DNA of 64,000 nt. Origin: Macrostomum lignano. Its lineage: Eukaryota. Location: assembly GCA_002269645.1 (NCBI GenBank), contig NIVC01001836.1:1-64000 (forward strand), read 5' to 3'. Below, piece by piece: positions 25,601 to 64,000 of this stretch. The stretch's first letter is position 1. Each line of letters starts with the position of its first letter. Made by a program: the position numbers and the translations under genes. The notes under the pieces were generated by a model. It was not told where the DNA came from and did not search any database. It saw only the letters and a program-made list of their open reading frames with translations.

Positions 25601-25648
25601 GACAACAGCCACAACGAACAAGTTTATTTCCGTACTAGTCCAGTTTGA
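19611..25648 (+). CDS. Gene A: secreted-type single-pass membrane protein, possibly cadherin-like ectodomain. Exons 19611-19669, 20783-21018, [short exon unresolved], 22946-23184, 23929-24091, 25297-25648
   Basis: Signal peptide MKNKFRLIIKFTAIAVVLG; GT-AG junctions with matching phases except between 21018 and 22946; SEDT...TDRDGDN motif; Cys-rich exon; TM IVLWIVLPLAFTVLLVLTIVLYY followed by KCRR. Confidence 0.7.
19800..20660. repeat. 32-bp satellite (atatgggagtaaatctttgtgataaatatcgg)n in intron 1 of gene A
   Basis: Near-perfect tandem; same period and atatgggagt core as 14590-19085. Confidence 0.97.
21185..22045. repeat. G-run minisatellite (gccaagcctgctggaaaggggggc)n, ~25-29 bp, intronic; possibly inside a MITE
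   Basis: Tandem units with variable G-runs; weak inverted ends agctctgagccagggg (21158) and cccctactcggagct (ends 22123); no TSD found. Confidence 0.9.
23555..23850 (+). mobile_element. tRNA-derived SINE copy with an internal deletion
   Basis: A box tagccaagtgg, B box ggttcgacacc, gtgtccttgagcaagacacttaac, then the same tail as 1582-1690 and (ATT)n. Confidence 0.8.
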
Positions 25649-25789
25649 CTTTTGCTCAATGCGACTGGCTAGCTTTGTAAAAATTGACTAGAGGAGCAAT
25701 GTATAGAAAAAGTGGAGTTTCTTGCTTTTTGTATGCTATACTCAGCTTGAAAGTTGCCACGGCGACTCTTAAAAATACATCATATACAG

Positions 25790-25850
25790 AGGTTTTAGCC
25801 TAGTGGTTAGAGCGTCGGTCTCTCGACTTGAAGATAGGGGGTTCGATTCG
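25790..25850 (+). mobile_element. SINE head fragment
   Basis: tagcctagtggttagagcgtcggtctctcgacttgaag...ggttcgattc matches the head at 371. Confidence 0.6.
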
Positions 25851-26414
25851 CTCTTTTTCGCTTTAACAAAACAAAATTAACTCCTTCGTTGTTTTTGTTG
25901 TTGATCGTCGTTGTCATGTTTAGACTCCATTTGCATCCGTTCATTTTCTCCGGCTACAATCTAAAAACAGCCGGAGTTGTTTCCGAAAGGCTTACTGCGT
26001 ATGCGCTTCCTTCGTGTCGTTACGACGCTACAAGACGTAGCTACGAGCAACTCACGGAACACTGAAAATAGCTTAGGAAAATCTTAGAAATTTACCACTA
26101 ACTAAAAGCACTACAGATTTTAACTTATTGAGTATGCTGGACAGGCAATTGTAACAAATGCCGATAACCGATACAACTTAGCTTCGAATCATTTTGAAGT
26201 CGGGAGTGACACGTATTAGTAAAGCTTTTTATAATGATCAAGGATGAGTTGGATTTCGCTGAATTATCGACAGCTTTTCTTTGCTTTTCTATTGAACATT
26301 TTCAAGTAAACTTGTGCAGAGCGAGAAGTGCTCTAAACATGTAGTGTAGTAACTTTGTAAAAGTTACTTTCGACGCTGTCATGTCGCTGTGTTGCGACAC
26401 TCGAGCTGCTGTGG

Positions 26415-26524
26415 TTACGGCGGACAACCTGTCTGACCTGTTCGACACTTCATCAGGAGTTTTGCAGGGTGACACGCTAGCGCCGTTCCTCTTCGTGCTG
26501 CTGCTGGACTGGGTGCTTCGGACA
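26415..26524 (+). mobile_element. Short RTE-like RT fragment
   Basis: Translates VTADNLSDLFDTSSGVLQGDTLAPFLFVLLLDWVLR; overlaps the 5' end of the copy at 48510. Confidence 0.8.
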
Positions 26525-27119
26525 AAACAAAAACAAAAACACAGTATTTAGTATATGTGGGTGGAATTAGTAGAATAAAAGTGTGTTTTGTGTACCAGTA
26601 GAATTGGGTAAAAATTAAAGACGCGAAAAATGGGAGGCAAAGCGCTGGCGCGCTGTTGGGTCGAGCCAGATTTATCTGTGCATTTCCACCCTCGGCCCGA
26701 GCCATGCAGACACTCCTCCTGTGGCCCGAGTCTTTTTTCCACTGGGCAGGTCAACTTATTAATTTATTTACATGTACACTATCAGTCAAAACGAAACACT
26801 AAATAACCTGCCTAAATAAATCCATTCGACCCAATCAAACAGTTTTCGAATTTACATAATCTTTGTCGGAAACTGTAAAAATGAATAGGAGCAGCTACTT
26901 CAAGTAGCTTCCCCTTCAAGTAGATTTTCTTGCTCATGCGCTCTTATATCCCTTGAATGCATAATTACTTGAGTAATTGCCCAAAAAAATATGTAGAATC
27001 TTCCTTTCACATTTATCATCTGCGTGATGAGTTAAGCTTGGAAGATTAAACAACTTGGATGCTGCATATGGAATACCAGGAAATAGTAAGCCAGTTGTCT
27101 TTCAAAAAAGTTCAAATGT

Positions 27120-27571
27120 CTTCCTCAGTGGCAACTGAGACCTTCTCAATATAGTTACCCTTCAGTTGGATGCATTTCTTCCACCGGGTAAGCAAGTCGT
27201 CAATGGCATATCTGTCGTCTTGGCATTTCGTGGACAAGAACCTGTCGCACTTCCTTCTCAAGGCAGTCACGTTTGGCATGAACTCTGCCCCTCAGTTTCA
27301 GATTGCCACACAAGCAGAAGCAAATGAAACTTGAACTATAGATATAGATATAGATATAGTCCAGTTCCAGTTCCTGTCCATGTATTGAGATGCACTACTC
27401 CACTGCAGTTAAGGACGCATAACTTTTGATAAGTTCGTGATATTTTCAAAATTCTTTCACTGTGTCATTTGTAAGTAAAGCCGCTATGAAATAAATCAGT
27501 TGCTGTTACTCTTGCTGACTGCTAAAAAGAGTAATGTGAAAAGTCCTAAGACTTTTTGGACACCCCTCGTA
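27120..27571 (-). mobile_element. Internally deleted mariner remnant
   Basis: Minus strand starts TA-CGAGGGGTGTCCAAAAAG (mariner-type TIR, 27545-27571). Frameshifted C-terminus NLK-LRG...YAIDDLLTRWKKCIQLKGNYIEK at ~27310-27125. Second TIR not found. Confidence 0.7.
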
Positions 27572-28019
27572 GCTGGTTAAGTATCTACGAGTATGTATAA
27601 ATTTAAGAGCGTAAGAATAAAAAATACGTCAGAAGAGAATTTACTTGCAACAGGTTGCTAGTCGAACTTACCTGATCTAAGCTGCTCATTAGCTACTTGT
27701 GCCAATTGGTCACATACTAAATGACTGTAGACAAATGACAACTGTAGACAAAAAGTGTAATAAGCTAGGCTTGACAACTTAGTTTTTTATCTTCTATCGG
27801 CTTTTATCTTAAAACAAAAATTTCTGATCTTAAAGGCCTGTATTCGAGAACAGAATCCATTCTATTCAGCCCATTTTAGCGGCTTGCAGCGCACTGCCAG
27901 TCTTGAAGGAAAAAGGTTGCATTCATATTTGATTATTCCCGTGGGCTAAATAGAGTAGCGCAGTGCGTAAAAGCAAAAGTGGTGCCATAGACTAAAAGTC
28001 ATTAGACTAGCCGCCACAC

Positions 28020-29440
28020 AGCTCCCCCCAGCACCAAGCTACTTGCTGAAGTGTACTGGCCGACACTGCCGATGTGGCTGTCAGCGACGCTGAACAATGG
28101 TTGGCGGCGCTGCTGGCTGTGTCATATCCGTGTGCTTGGCTGGCTGCTGAAGTGGCGAGTCTGTAGCTCTCCAACCGGTGTGAGGCGAAACGATACTGAC
28201 TGGTGCCCGCCTAGGACCCTAGGTCGACCTCGAGGGCGTAGCGCCGGCTGTGGAACTGGATCAGCAGTGTTCAACAGCGCAGGCTTTAACCTGTCCACGC
28301 TGACTCGATCTTTCCGGGTGCCTAGATCTAACAGAAAGGCTTTGGCTTCCCGCTCAATGACCTTGAATGGCCCATCATACGGTATTTGCAACGCCGCGCG
28401 GTGACCGTCTCGACGGACGAATACAAACGTGCAGGTATCGGGGCCGCGGGCCAAGCAGATGGACGGCTGCCGTGGTGCGACGTTGGCACCGGCCGAAAAG
28501 CCTGCACTGCTCTGCGCACTTGCAACAGGAACTGGTCGTACCCCAGAGTGTCGGGTGGGCTGGGCAGTAGGCACTCTCTGGGTACGCTGATAGGTGCCCC
28601 GCACACCAACTCTGCTGATGATGCTGGTAGATCTTCCTTAGGAGCCGTGCGGATGCCGAGAAGCACCATGAGCAGCTCGTTGATCCAGGTCGGTCCGGAT
28701 AAGCGCGCCATCAATGAAGCCTTTAATTGCCGATGAAAGCGCTCGACCAGCCCATTCGACTGCGGGTGAACAGCCGTTGTCCGGTGCAGCTGCATTCCGA
28801 GTAGCCGGGAGCAGTTTGTCCACAGCTGCGAAGTGAACTGCGAGCCCCTGTCCGATGTAATGTCACGTGGCACACCAAACCGGGCTTCCCAATGGGAAAT
28901 AAAAGCTGATGCACAAGCTGCTGCTGAAGTATCCGTCATGGGAATTGCCTCTGGCCACCGAGTGAAGCGGTCCACGATGGTAAACAGTTGAGTGAAACCC
29001 TGTGACAGCAGCAGTGGTCTTACCAGATCCACGTGAACATGGGCAAAACGTTGTCCGGGGACCCGGATGCCTTCGATGGATGCGGCGACGTGTCGATGGA
29101 CTTTGGCTGTCTGGCAAGCGACACAGGTCCGAGCCCACTGGGTGACGTCTTGGTTCATTTTTTCCCACACAAATTTTTCGGCCACCAAATGGCGCGTGCT
29201 GCGAACCGATGGGTGCGCGAGGCCGTGAATTGCGTCAAAAACAGAGCGGCAAAACTCCGGAGGTACGAATGGGCGCGGCCGACCGGTAGAGGTGTCGCAC
29301 AGCAACACCAGCCCGGGGCTGATCTCCACTCGCGCCAGCTGAAGGTTGCTGCTTGTGTGAGCCATTGGGACCGCCTGTTGCGCCCTCGCCATCTCCTCGA
29401 AGTTCACACCAGGGAGTCACTGCGACCGAACTGCTGCCGC
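28020..29440 (-). mobile_element. Ty3/Gypsy integrase region with polypurine tract and probable 3' LTR start
   Basis: HHCC (IHGLAH...CVAC), VHVDLV...SDRGSQF...NGLVERFH, then frameshifted YDGPFKV...[12 protein letters not shown] ggggggag at 28029-28022, followed by TG at 28020. Confidence 0.92.
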
Positions 29441-29441
29441 C

Positions 29442-29890
29442 GTACACCGAGAAAGTTGACGCTGTCGCTCGTTTTGCACCGCCCGCCACCGTCAAGGGCC
29501 TGCAGGAGCTCGCCGGCATGGTAAACTTCTACCATCGCTTTGTGCCGCGAGCCGCCCAGCTACTGCGCCCCAATCATGTGGCTACTGCTGGAAAAGGAAA
29601 ACTGGTCCGTTGGAAACCCGAGCTGACGGCCGCGTTTAACAATGCTAAGCAGGCCCTGGCAGGTGCTGCAATGCTGGCGCAACCACTGCCAAAGGCGCCG
29701 ATCGGCCTGACCGTGGACGCGTCTGACATCGCCATTAGTGCCGCTCTGGAGCCGCGAGTTAGCAACGGCTGGCAACAGCTGGCTTTCTTCAGTCGCCAGC
29801 TCCGTGCTCCAGAGCAGAAATACAGTGCTTTCGACCGCGAGTTGCTAGCCTTGTACCTGGCTGTCCGGCACTTTCGCTACTTTCTAGAAG
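29442..29890 (+). mobile_element. Ty3/Gypsy RT-thumb/RNase H fragment, inverted relative to the adjacent integrase
   Basis: EKVDAVARFAPPATVKGLQELAGMVNFYHRF...LTVDASD...LAFFSRQL...YSAFDRELLALYLAVRHFRYFLE. Confidence 0.92.
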
Positions 29891-31610
29891 TTTGGGTCGG
29901 AGGTCGGAGGGTCGGATATAAAAAACAATTGATAGAAATATTAAACCAGCTTTAAGATTGCTTTGTACATCTTTGTGTAGATTGAATGATTCTTGCCATA
30001 GACAAAAGCAACTTTAATGCTGTTGTTATAAATGTTTTTATTTATCCGCAGTTGGGGCCTCTCACAAGAAAAAAAATGCACACGTTTGAGATTTCATACG
30101 ATTGAAACCACGCTAGCAAAACAATTCACGTCGTCGAAATCCTGATATTTTTAGCTAATCGCATGTGACTGGCAACACATTTCTAGGATGTGGATTTTTG
30201 GGTTTATAAATTTTACTATCCTCGAAGAATTTACATGACTGTGTCTTTCGACGAAAACTGAACTCAAACAGGTAGTTGCTATTTGTAGCAAGAAATATAG
30301 CTCGTAAGATCAGTATCTTGCAAAGCGTGCTTCGACGAGAGCAATCTTCCGTCGATAACTTCACTACGAGATCCTGAGTACTAATTAATGAGGAGGGCGC
30401 TTTCGACCTACAACGAGGTGAAAAGGAGGATTTTTAATGTGCATTTAGAGTCGCGATTACTATGGTCTATAGCTAACCCCCACAGATTGAGGCAATGCGG
30501 ATTGTACGCTCTTATGAGTACGAGTATATACCCAGACGAGAACTGTCTTGCCGATTGTTTTGTTACTGCTTCAGCCCGGCCCACCTTTATATATGCTGCT
30601 ATTTTTAGAAACAAAATTTAACTATTGTTTTGTACAGCATGCGTCACAAAGTACAGTGTGGAAGGCAAATCCAAGGATTTACCGCCGTGACTTAATTTAA
30701 TATACCAATAGTGAAGTTACATTTTAGACATTTTTGTAGCTTACTATGGTGCGTTGCTTTTGCAAAGCTTTGTGGCCTTAATCGGCTTAGAGTTCTACTC
30801 ACCCAAAGACTAAAGATGAGAACTGGTCGAAACGATCTACAGTCCTCTTCTGCAGCTGACTCGGTGTGGATAAAATCGGCAACCCACGAGCATTTTCCAA
30901 GGCTATGTCAGTAACTGCTATCGGGAAGAGGTAACGCTGAAAGAGAACTGAATTTCTAAGATTGTTATTAACCATATTAAATCTATCTAAATTAGTTGTT
31001 ATTTAGTCATGAAATTTAATTCAACTTTCAATCAAGTGGTTTACTACAACCATGGAGGAAAGAATATAATGGATCTATGGAGGGACGCAGATTGTCATGT
31101 CACCAGCCAATAGGAAGGAACGTGGTGGAAAGAAAGGGATGCTAAAGTAAAGATCGAGCGAGACAAAAATAACTGGCTCAGATTAGCACTCCATTCTTTT
31201 TTTCCTCTATAACTACAAGCCTTAAATAGTTGTCTACGGGGGTTTTAAAGAAAACTCATGAAATGAAGTTCTATTTTTAGAGCACTACTTTTAGTAGCAA
31301 ACTACGTGCTGTATTTCTGCTTCTGCCTGAATTTAAACAATCCGGCAATCAAACGCTTTGGGAATAAAACAAAAAAATTAAATGGTGGCGCCAGTTTAAA
31401 ATGTGAATTTCTTAGAACTGAAAGGCACGAATTTAAGTTTAAACTGTTTGGCAATTGCGAAAGCAGAAAATTGAAAAAGCCAGACACATTATTTAAATTT
31501 TACGAGCCTAAAATTAAGCAACTTACTCATCTCATCTGAGTCTCATCTGATAAGCTAAAACCTTATTTATCAACCGATATTTGCTGTTTTCCTGATCCGA
31601 TAGTCAAATA

Positions 31611-46663
<15,053 letters not shown>

Positions 46664-47664
46664 CGCAGACACTGCCACCGTTCACAATGGCGCAGGCACT
46701 AAGTGAAAGAGGAACTACCACCATTCACCAAATCGGAGCTGGCGCAACTTAAAACTATCGCGTTGCTCAATAACTACAGCTTGAATAGTCCGATTCTCTT
46801 TACGTTTATTCAGTGTAAAGTTGTTTTTTACTAAATAATAATTATTTGAAGTTTAAAGTCCGACTGAGGAAAGTGTTGTAACCGCCCAGGGCAGGGGGTT
46901 TTGGCCTCGGGATCCCCGATCATTGTGACGTGCCGCTGCCTCGTTTAGAGTGGGAAATTACAATGCTCATAAGGGTGGTGTCAGCCTTCATGGTCACTTT
47001 CAGCGGCCAGGGAGACCAGCAAAAGCACCTTTACATTGCCAGACGGGTTCCTTGCCTTAAGGCCCGAACACTGTCTTACAGGTCTGGACGGGTAGAGTAA
47101 TCTAGAAATGAGTTTTTTTTGGAATTGCCAACATGACTAGTTAAAATATTCTCTCATCTTGTCTGTGAGGCATTTTTTTAGAATTTACAATTTATGTAAA
47201 GCAGCTTCCTCGTGAAAAATCTTAAACTTAACGATATTTAATATTTTTTTTAAAAATTAGTGAGATCTTTTTGTTAAATTTTCCACTAGCGTTGCATGTA
47301 CTTATCCCAGACTTCCGCATTTTGATTTGCTGCATGTATAAGGCGCGAAAGCATAGGAACTCGAATAACCTTCAAAAATTTGTTTCCAACGAACTCTCTA
47401 AGATTCTGCACCGCTTCGAATAGCAGAGGTGTACTAAATTTTTGCGGATACGAGCGTAGTTGCTGTACATTTTAAAATGCTAAAACGGCCCTTTTTTAAG
47501 TGCTGCATTCTGTGCTCTTGTGAATCAAATCGTGTCAACATGGTGGCAATCAAGCACCAACTGTCTCAGCAAGTACAAGTCGATTCAGTTTTCTCAGTTG
47601 TGCTCGGTTTTCATTCGCAAACTGCTTTGTGCTTTACTTTTCGTACTTTATTACTTTACTTTAA

Positions 47665-48510
47665 AACAACAACAACAACAACAAAATACGCGGCACTGCG
47701 AGCAAAGGTCACAGTCCACGTACCGACGGGTTCGGGCCTGACCCCGCCTGAACGGACCCTGCAAGGTGAGCAGCAGGACGTCCTGAACAGGTTGGGGCAG
47801 TAGCCCTCGGCCCGGATCACGTGGCCCGCCAGTTGAAGTCGCCGCCGGCGCAGGATGGTCCTAGCTTGGCCCGATCGTACAGGGCCTCGGTCCCGATGCT
47901 CTCGTCAGCTCGAAAGGCCGCACGGAGCAGTCCTGAGTGTGCCGAGTCCAGCTGCCGCTCTAGGGGTAGCCGTCAGCGTCCACGTCTCGGCTTTGTATAG
48001 CAGGACGGTTTCGACCACCGACTGCCACAGCCGAGCCCTCTGGCGGTCGGGCAGCGCTTCGGACTGGAGGACGGCTCGGATCCAACGAAAGGCCGCCCAG
48101 GCAAGTCCTCTGCGCCGTCGGAGGTCCTCTTCCACGTGGGGCACCAGACCACCGAGGTAGTGAACCGCTGGCAGCGTGCAAGCTTGGTCGTCTGCCCGTC
48201 TGCGCCGCGGCACGTCAAGTCCGCTGGGATGTTGGCCGGCACAGTCAGCACCTCGGTCTTCAGCGTGTTGACGATCAGACCAACGCTTGATGCCACCTCG
48301 ACCAGCCTGTCGATCTGGCGCTGGGTGCCTTCAACGGACGAGGACAGGAGGGCGAGGTCGTCGGCGTAGCCAAGCGCACGCTTAGGCGCTTTTCGCCGTG
48401 GCGGCGACCGATGCGTCTGCGCAGCAGGAAGCCGTCGTCAGCCGAGGGGAGTGCGGTCCGAAGCACCCAGTCCAGCAGCAGCACGAAGAGGAACGGCGCT
48501 AGCGTGTCGT
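47665..48510 (-). mobile_element. 5'-truncated RTE-like LINE with (TTG)n tail
   Basis: DTLAPFLFVLLLDWVLRTALPSADDGFLLRRR...GYADDLALLS...LWQSVVETVLLYKAETWTLT; 3' end in ttgttgttg (plus-strand aacaacaac at 47665-47684). Confidence 0.85.
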
Positions 48511-48606
48511 AAAGTAACTTTACTTTATTACTTTATCCCCCCAGATACAACGTTTATATGCTACACCAGTGACTTTGAAAATGAACTATATGAGTGCTTG
48601 AATATA

Positions 48607-49361
48607 GCTTTTGGCAGCCCATTTGGGCCTACTCGCGTTGAATTTGATCCAAGATACGTTTTCCAATGTAACGGAGCTTTTGTCTATGGTAGCAAGGCTG
48701 GCACCGCGGTATTTAATTTGGTTCAACAAGCATCAATTTTGTCCAAACGTCCGTGAGCCATTCGGCAAACTCTTGCCTTCTCGCAACCGTCTGCAGGTTG
48801 TTGCGTACCGCGGGAATGTCAGCGTCTCTACCAGCAATTTTCAGTCGCCTTTCCAAGCTCTACTGATATTCCAAATCTGATAACCAACTGGAATTGTTCC
48901 TTCAACTTCTGCTGCATTTTCTGCACCGTCAACAAAGGGTTCGTCTCAACTGCATCGAGTAGCAGTTGGACCTGAGGCTCTCGCAACTTGCCTTGGCAAT
49001 TGCCACCCTGTCACTGGCGACCTCTGCCGGCAGTGGTTTCAACGCGCTGATGGATGCTGTAAACCATCTTTTTTACATTCAGCAACCTTGTAATGTCCTT
49101 TGGGTGTTCACCTCTGTCGAGTGCTTTGATCTCAAGCCAATGACATTCGTTTGACAGCCCAGCGTATGGTCCACAATTCTGGGGCTGATCTTGATCCTCC
49201 GTAACAGTTGCAAATGAAGCTATGGACCAAATTGATGCATGTTCGACCAAGTTAAATGCCGCTGTGCCAGCCTTGCTACCATAGACAAAAGCTCCACTTC
49301 ATTGGCAAACGTATCTTGGATTAAATTAAACGCACGTAAGCCCAAAAAGGCTGCCAAAAGC
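48607..49361. mobile_element. TA-flanked MITE with ~140-bp TIRs
   Basis: 48605-48747 is the reverse complement of 49224-49363 (agcttttggcagcc...atccaagatacgttt...ggagcttttgtctatggtagcaaggctggcac). Confidence 0.85.
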
Positions 49362-49473
49362 TAAATTAAAATTAGTTAAATTTGTTGCCCTTGGTTTGGA
49401 CCATAGACTACTGAGAAATCTATCTTTTAGCGCTGGGTTTCACCACTGATTATTAAATTGCTTGCTCGTAGTA

Positions 49474-49896
49474 TAGCTTTTGTCATGCTATCTCAGCCTA
49501 GGGACATCCAAACTCAGCCAGCCCCATTCCGCAATGCGTTTTTTGGCTCGAGCTAGTCGAGTTTTACCATAGACATGCTTCTTAAGGCCATGCTATCTCA
49601 GCCTGGGACATGCAATCTCAGCCAATATAGATTTCAATTGCAAACAGATCTCAATGCTATCATTTCTGTAACGTGACATGAAATGGCAACAAACAGCAGT
49701 GAATGAACGCAGCAAGAAAAGTCAGTAAGAATCTGAAAAGTGGCTGAGATTGCATGTCCCAGGCTGAGATAGCATGGCCTTAAGAAGCATGTCTATGGTA
49801 AAACTTGACATGGTAAAAATGGTAAAAAAATCGCTCTGTTGAGATGGGCTGGCTGAGTTTGGATGTCTCTAGGCTGAGATAGCATGACAAATACTA
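49474..49896. mobile_element. TA-flanked MITE with ~150-bp TIRs
   Basis: tttgtcatgctatctcagcctag.gacatccaaactcagccagccc and catagacatgcttcttaaggccatgctatctcagcctgggacatgcaatctcagcc are mirrored at 49741-49896. Confidence 0.88.
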
Positions 49897-50551
49897 TATC
49901 AGATTACATGCAAAAAGGTGTATATTAATCCCCATTTCTCTTCTGTCAAGAGCCAAGGATTCGAATTTGCTTCTGGTCTTTGCCTGGGCCAAGAGACGAA
50001 TCCGCAGCCTCGTCGGACTTTCTTTTCCATAGAACAATTTATTAGCGGGTGTGATACTACACTTCTACACTAGCGCTCGTAAGACGCTATTTTAGAACGT
50101 ATCTCATTGTTACATCTCAACTAATGGCTTTAGCATATAGGTTTATTTTAGTTCCATGTTGCTACTGATGTATAATGTGCGGCGAGAGTAAAAAGAAGCT
50201 TAGAATTCTTAAACGGTATAGAGACGAGGGAAGATAGAAGCACTGTGGCAAAAGTCGAAGATAGAATTACAGCGCGCGCGCTATTCCTGAGCAGAGCAGT
50301 CAGAGCACAGAGCACAAGAAGAATAGCGCTAGCCAAGCCTTTAGTCTCTCACTCTCTCTCACTAAGTCTGCACCAGCAGCCAATTAGAAATATATCAGCT
50401 GGCGCAGACGCTCCAACTATATATTTTGCTTGTTTCGTACTGCACGGACATTTTCAACCTCAGTTAAGCTCTAACTGAAGCTCGAATTGAAACGCGTGTG
50501 GTTGGCTTAGCTATTGTTGGAATTGAAGCAAATAAACTGAAAACATTTATC

Positions 50552-61901
<11,350 letters not shown>

Positions 61902-61960
61902 TCATGACCATGACAGTAGAAGTCATTTAATTATCGTTTCTTGTTAACTGTCTAGTTATT

Positions 61961-62005
61961 GGGAGTTGTAGCCAAGTGGTCAGAGCTTCGGACTCAGGAC
62001 TTGAA
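61961..62005 (+). mobile_element. SINE head fragment
   Basis: gggagttgtagccaagtggtcagagcttcggactcaggacttgaa matches the 5' part of the SINE head. Confidence 0.55.
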
Positions 62006-62851
62006 ACTGTCATTGAAACTGTCATTGTGTAACTGTCAGCATGGACGATTAGCGAAATCAATCAGAACACACAAAGCTGGTTTTGAACTTTGAACTCTGC
62101 AAAGCTAAGACAATATTTTACTAGAACTTCAAATGGTATGTCCTAGAAATTCTCAATCTTGAATTGAAGCGCACTTTAGCAAAACTATAAACTGGTGTGC
62201 AAAACAATGAGGACTGCGAGACATTGGTTGTGCGCATTTAATAATAACAATAAAAACGTGTACATGTACTTCACAAAATTGCGCATGCCAATAGCATACC
62301 GCTAATAATTGATTCCTGTTCTTTCATACTGGTGTGTAAAATCAATTCTCCTTAAAGGAATTCTAGTGTTAAATTAGCAAGTTTTTGAATCAAATCAATA
62401 TTATTTTTCCTGAATCGTTACTTTTGTACCCCATAAGCATATCTTTTCGTATTTTAATTGATTGTTTATATTTATTTATAACTGTGACTCACAATTCACA
62501 AAATTAAGCAAATTGTAATAACTGGGAAAATATGTCTTTTAATTGTTATCGTAATAAGCACTTTTTGTTGATTTCAAGGCACTTTTGCCGAAAAATGACT
62601 TCACCAAAATAGACAAATTTCGGTATGAGTATGCGAAAAAATGATGACTGGCATTGCGAATGAGCTCTATAGTGAAGAAACCAATCAGGGCGTGCAGTTA
62701 ATATAGTGGATTGTTGTTGTTACATTCACCAAGTCCAAAACCCGCGAGCTTTGTTATAATATTGTTGCGTACTTAAGTACACTTGAACTTTTAGTCTACA
62801 GTACTTAAACCATTGTTATACGTGGAAATAATCTATAACTGATGAGTTCTC

Positions 62852-63678
62852 TTAGATGCGCTTGAATCTTCCGAGGATTTTGTGGCAATTCGGGCACCTG
62901 TGCAACACATCTTTGCAGCCGTCGATGCAGAACGGGATCAGGCAGCAGCCGAGAAATCCTCCCAGAAGACAGATGGAGCCGCACAGCAGCCAGGTAAGAA
63001 TGCCGCTCTCGTAGCCGAGCTGAGTCACCACAGCTTGCTGGCAGAACTGGCAGGTCACCGCTTGAGGCAGCGCCTGCAGCAGCACTGGGCGCGGGCCGGG
63101 AGTGCCGTAATTGGCCGCAAATCCGGGAGGCGCTGCGTGATAATTTTCCGGGTTTATTCGCTTAAGTTAACTTTTTAAAACAGATTGTTGTTAAACTGAT
63201 TGATAAATTTATCTGCGATTAAAATAGTCCCATTTAAACTTAGTTCGCATGAGAGGTAATCCTTTTTGGATTGAAACTACGAGAGTAAATTACCGTGTCG
63301 TGATAATAACACCGGAATTTTTCGCTAATAACCTAGAAGCTAAGAATTCCGCCATGTACTTATGACAAGGAGACGTAGGTTTTTGAAGTTTTGAAGGCTT
63401 TTTTGTACATGTAATTCTAAAAAGTGAAAGTTAAACTCACGCTGATTTGGATAGGGAGCCGGAGGCGGATACTGCGGTTGGTACTGCTGCTGCTGTGGGT
63501 ATTGCTGCGGGTATTGCTGTGGGTATTGCTGCTGCGGTTGCTGCTGCTGCGGCGGGTATTGCTGTGGTGGGTATTTAGGCTCGCCAGTGAGTTGGCCGGT
63601 CCCGCTGGCACCATCAGCATTGCCGGAGTACGGTGGCGGAGCTTCGTTGGGTGGATAAATTGGCTCCTTCTCGCTCAT
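62852..63678 (-). CDS. LITAF: LITAF-domain protein (LITAF/CDIP1 family), two exons 63678-63441 and 63132-62852, about 173 aa
   Basis: Pro/Gln/Tyr-rich N-terminus with PPPY; CQFC, hydrophobic TWLLCGSICLLGGFLGCCLIPFC and HRCPNC; phase-1 intron c|gtgagt...cag|cg. The symbol denotes the family, not proven orthology. Confidence 0.93.
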
Positions 63679-64000
63679 GCCTGCAGTCTGTCACCTTGGA
63701 AACGAGGGAAAATTTGAAATGGTTTTAATAGCTTAAAACTGGTTTTAACTGAAAGTTAGAAAGAACGTCCACCCGTGCATGTGTGTGTCAAATACTCGTA
63801 TTTATAAATAAATTTCCACTGTACTATGGTCAAATCTTATCAGAAAGATTTTTCTGCACATTTTAATTCAGCTATAAGTGCAAGTGGAATCTTGGCAAAA
63901 TTCTGTAGCTCCGCGCATATCGATGCGTCATCGGTCTGCAATAGAGATTTAATTGTGATTAATTCACTGCCTTACTGCTGTCTGAGTCACGTGAGTGTTT

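Noticed and set aside
46876-47079. Solo LTR (TGTAAC...TTACA)
   Set aside because: Flanks agtgt / ggtct match only 3/5, and there is no second copy in the window.

Overview
This is eukaryotic (animal) genomic DNA, extremely rich in repeats, not a prokaryotic window. Mini- and microsatellite density and the TE content suggest an invertebrate such as a Macrostomum-type flatworm (inference only). Most long ORFs in the supplied track are translated tandem repeats. Spliced genes I can reconstruct from phase-compatible GT-AG junctions: (A) a signal-peptide, single-TM protein at 19611-25648 with a duplicated upstream promoter plus exon 1 at 14400; (B) an apparent paralog at 31611-46663; (C) a C-type-lectin-like single-TM protein at 50552-61901; a LITAF-domain gene on the minus strand (62852-63678); and a RING-finger terminal exon (1845-2189, minus). 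Mobile DNA includes a tRNA-derived SINE family, hAT-type MITEs each carrying its own internal minisatellite, a foldback/MULE-like element, Gypsy, mariner, RTE and I/R1-group LINE fragments, and a Penelope-like element (PLE). The most striking system is the PLE. It lies antisense in intron 3 of gene B, is bounded by (TATC)n, and is linked to perfect 272-bp multimers that are 3'-anchored and 5'-truncated. Three separate kilobase (TATC)n tracts share the same spaced pattern of variant repeats (20/20/148-152/12 bp). This argues that the microsatellite is part of the element and is copied with it, not grown only by slippage. All coordinates were read by hand; array edges are approximate, and no database search was run.
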